Below the pieces are notes generated by a model that saw nothing but the letters and a program-made list of their open reading frames with translations, was not told the DNA's origin and did not search any database. A stretch of 64,000 nt of DNA from Octopus sinensis (lineage: Eukaryota): the NCBI RefSeq assembly GCF_006345805.1, contig NC_043001.1, forward strand, positions 49,228,001-49,292,000. The letters are read 5' to 3'. The position numbers and the translations under genes were made by a program. Positions 63,610-64,000 of this stretch are shown piece by piece (positions within the stretch are counted from its first letter, which is position 1; each line of letters starts with the position of its first letter).

Positions 63610-64000
63610 TCACTGCACCCTATACATATGAATCTCTCTTTGCCTTGCCCCGATTCGTGGCTGAACAAGCCGGAAAGCATGCTCTTTCGCTTTTTGTGGA
63701 GGGGCAGCAGACCTCTTGTAAGGCGCTCTATTTGCTACCAAAAGCCGCTGAAGGGTGGGTTAGGGATGCCGTGGCTAAAAATGCGCAGACATGCGCTCAG
63801 GCTTAGGCACCTCTGGCTTTACCTGGACGGTGAGCAAATGTGGTCTCCGTTCGTCAGGCTGTTATTTCCACAGTTTACATCGTTTACCAAACTGAACCCA
63901 TGGATCAAATGTAGACCGAAAATCAACTGGCCAGCTTGTTCCAAAGAACATTCGGTCCGGGGCCTATGGATAATTACCAAAAGTACCTGGCCTGGCAATG
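63610..64000 (+). mobile_element. Tx1/L1-clade ORF2 fragment (region after the RT core), runs off the window
   Basis: Frame reading GGLGMPWLKMRRHALRLRHLWLYLDGEQMWSPFVRLLFPQF contains the L1/Tx1 GGLG motif; frameshifted upstream. Confidence 0.7.

Overview
Repeat-saturated, microsatellite-rich animal DNA. The tRNA-derived SINE families, RTE/Tx1 relics and (AT)n/(AC)n/(GATA)n load suggest an octopod cephalopod genome (inference). Host genes: (1) an intact, intronless 535-aa MYST histone acetyltransferase KAT7/HBO1 on the minus strand (9595-11202); (2) the last exons of an axonemal dynein intermediate chain gene (DNAI2-like) on the plus strand (17489-~28011). The DNAI2 upstream exons are not visible, so KAT7 is probably nested antisense in one of its introns. 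The rest is mostly transposon debris: SINEs, RTE, Tx1/L1, HERO-like and Penelope-like retroelements, and mariner, maT, Tigger, hAT and piggyBac-type DNA elements. The most unusual structure is at 48465-54372. Three head-to-tail 1.7-1.8 kb units each encode only a Tx1/L1-type ORF1 (gag-like, CCHC knuckle) protein and no reverse transcriptase. They are separated and flanked by four copies of a 15-bp direct repeat. The array sits in the loop of a ~210-bp inverted repeat whose arms each carry E2F, CCAAT and TATA motifs pointing inward. The units end in the same ~25-nt tail as a SINE family in the window. Also found: two minimal Penelope-type hammerhead ribozyme motifs, a hairpin built from an RT active-site fragment, a perfect foldback MITE and a duplicated stop-containing exon. 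All homology calls are by-eye motif recognition; no database search was run.
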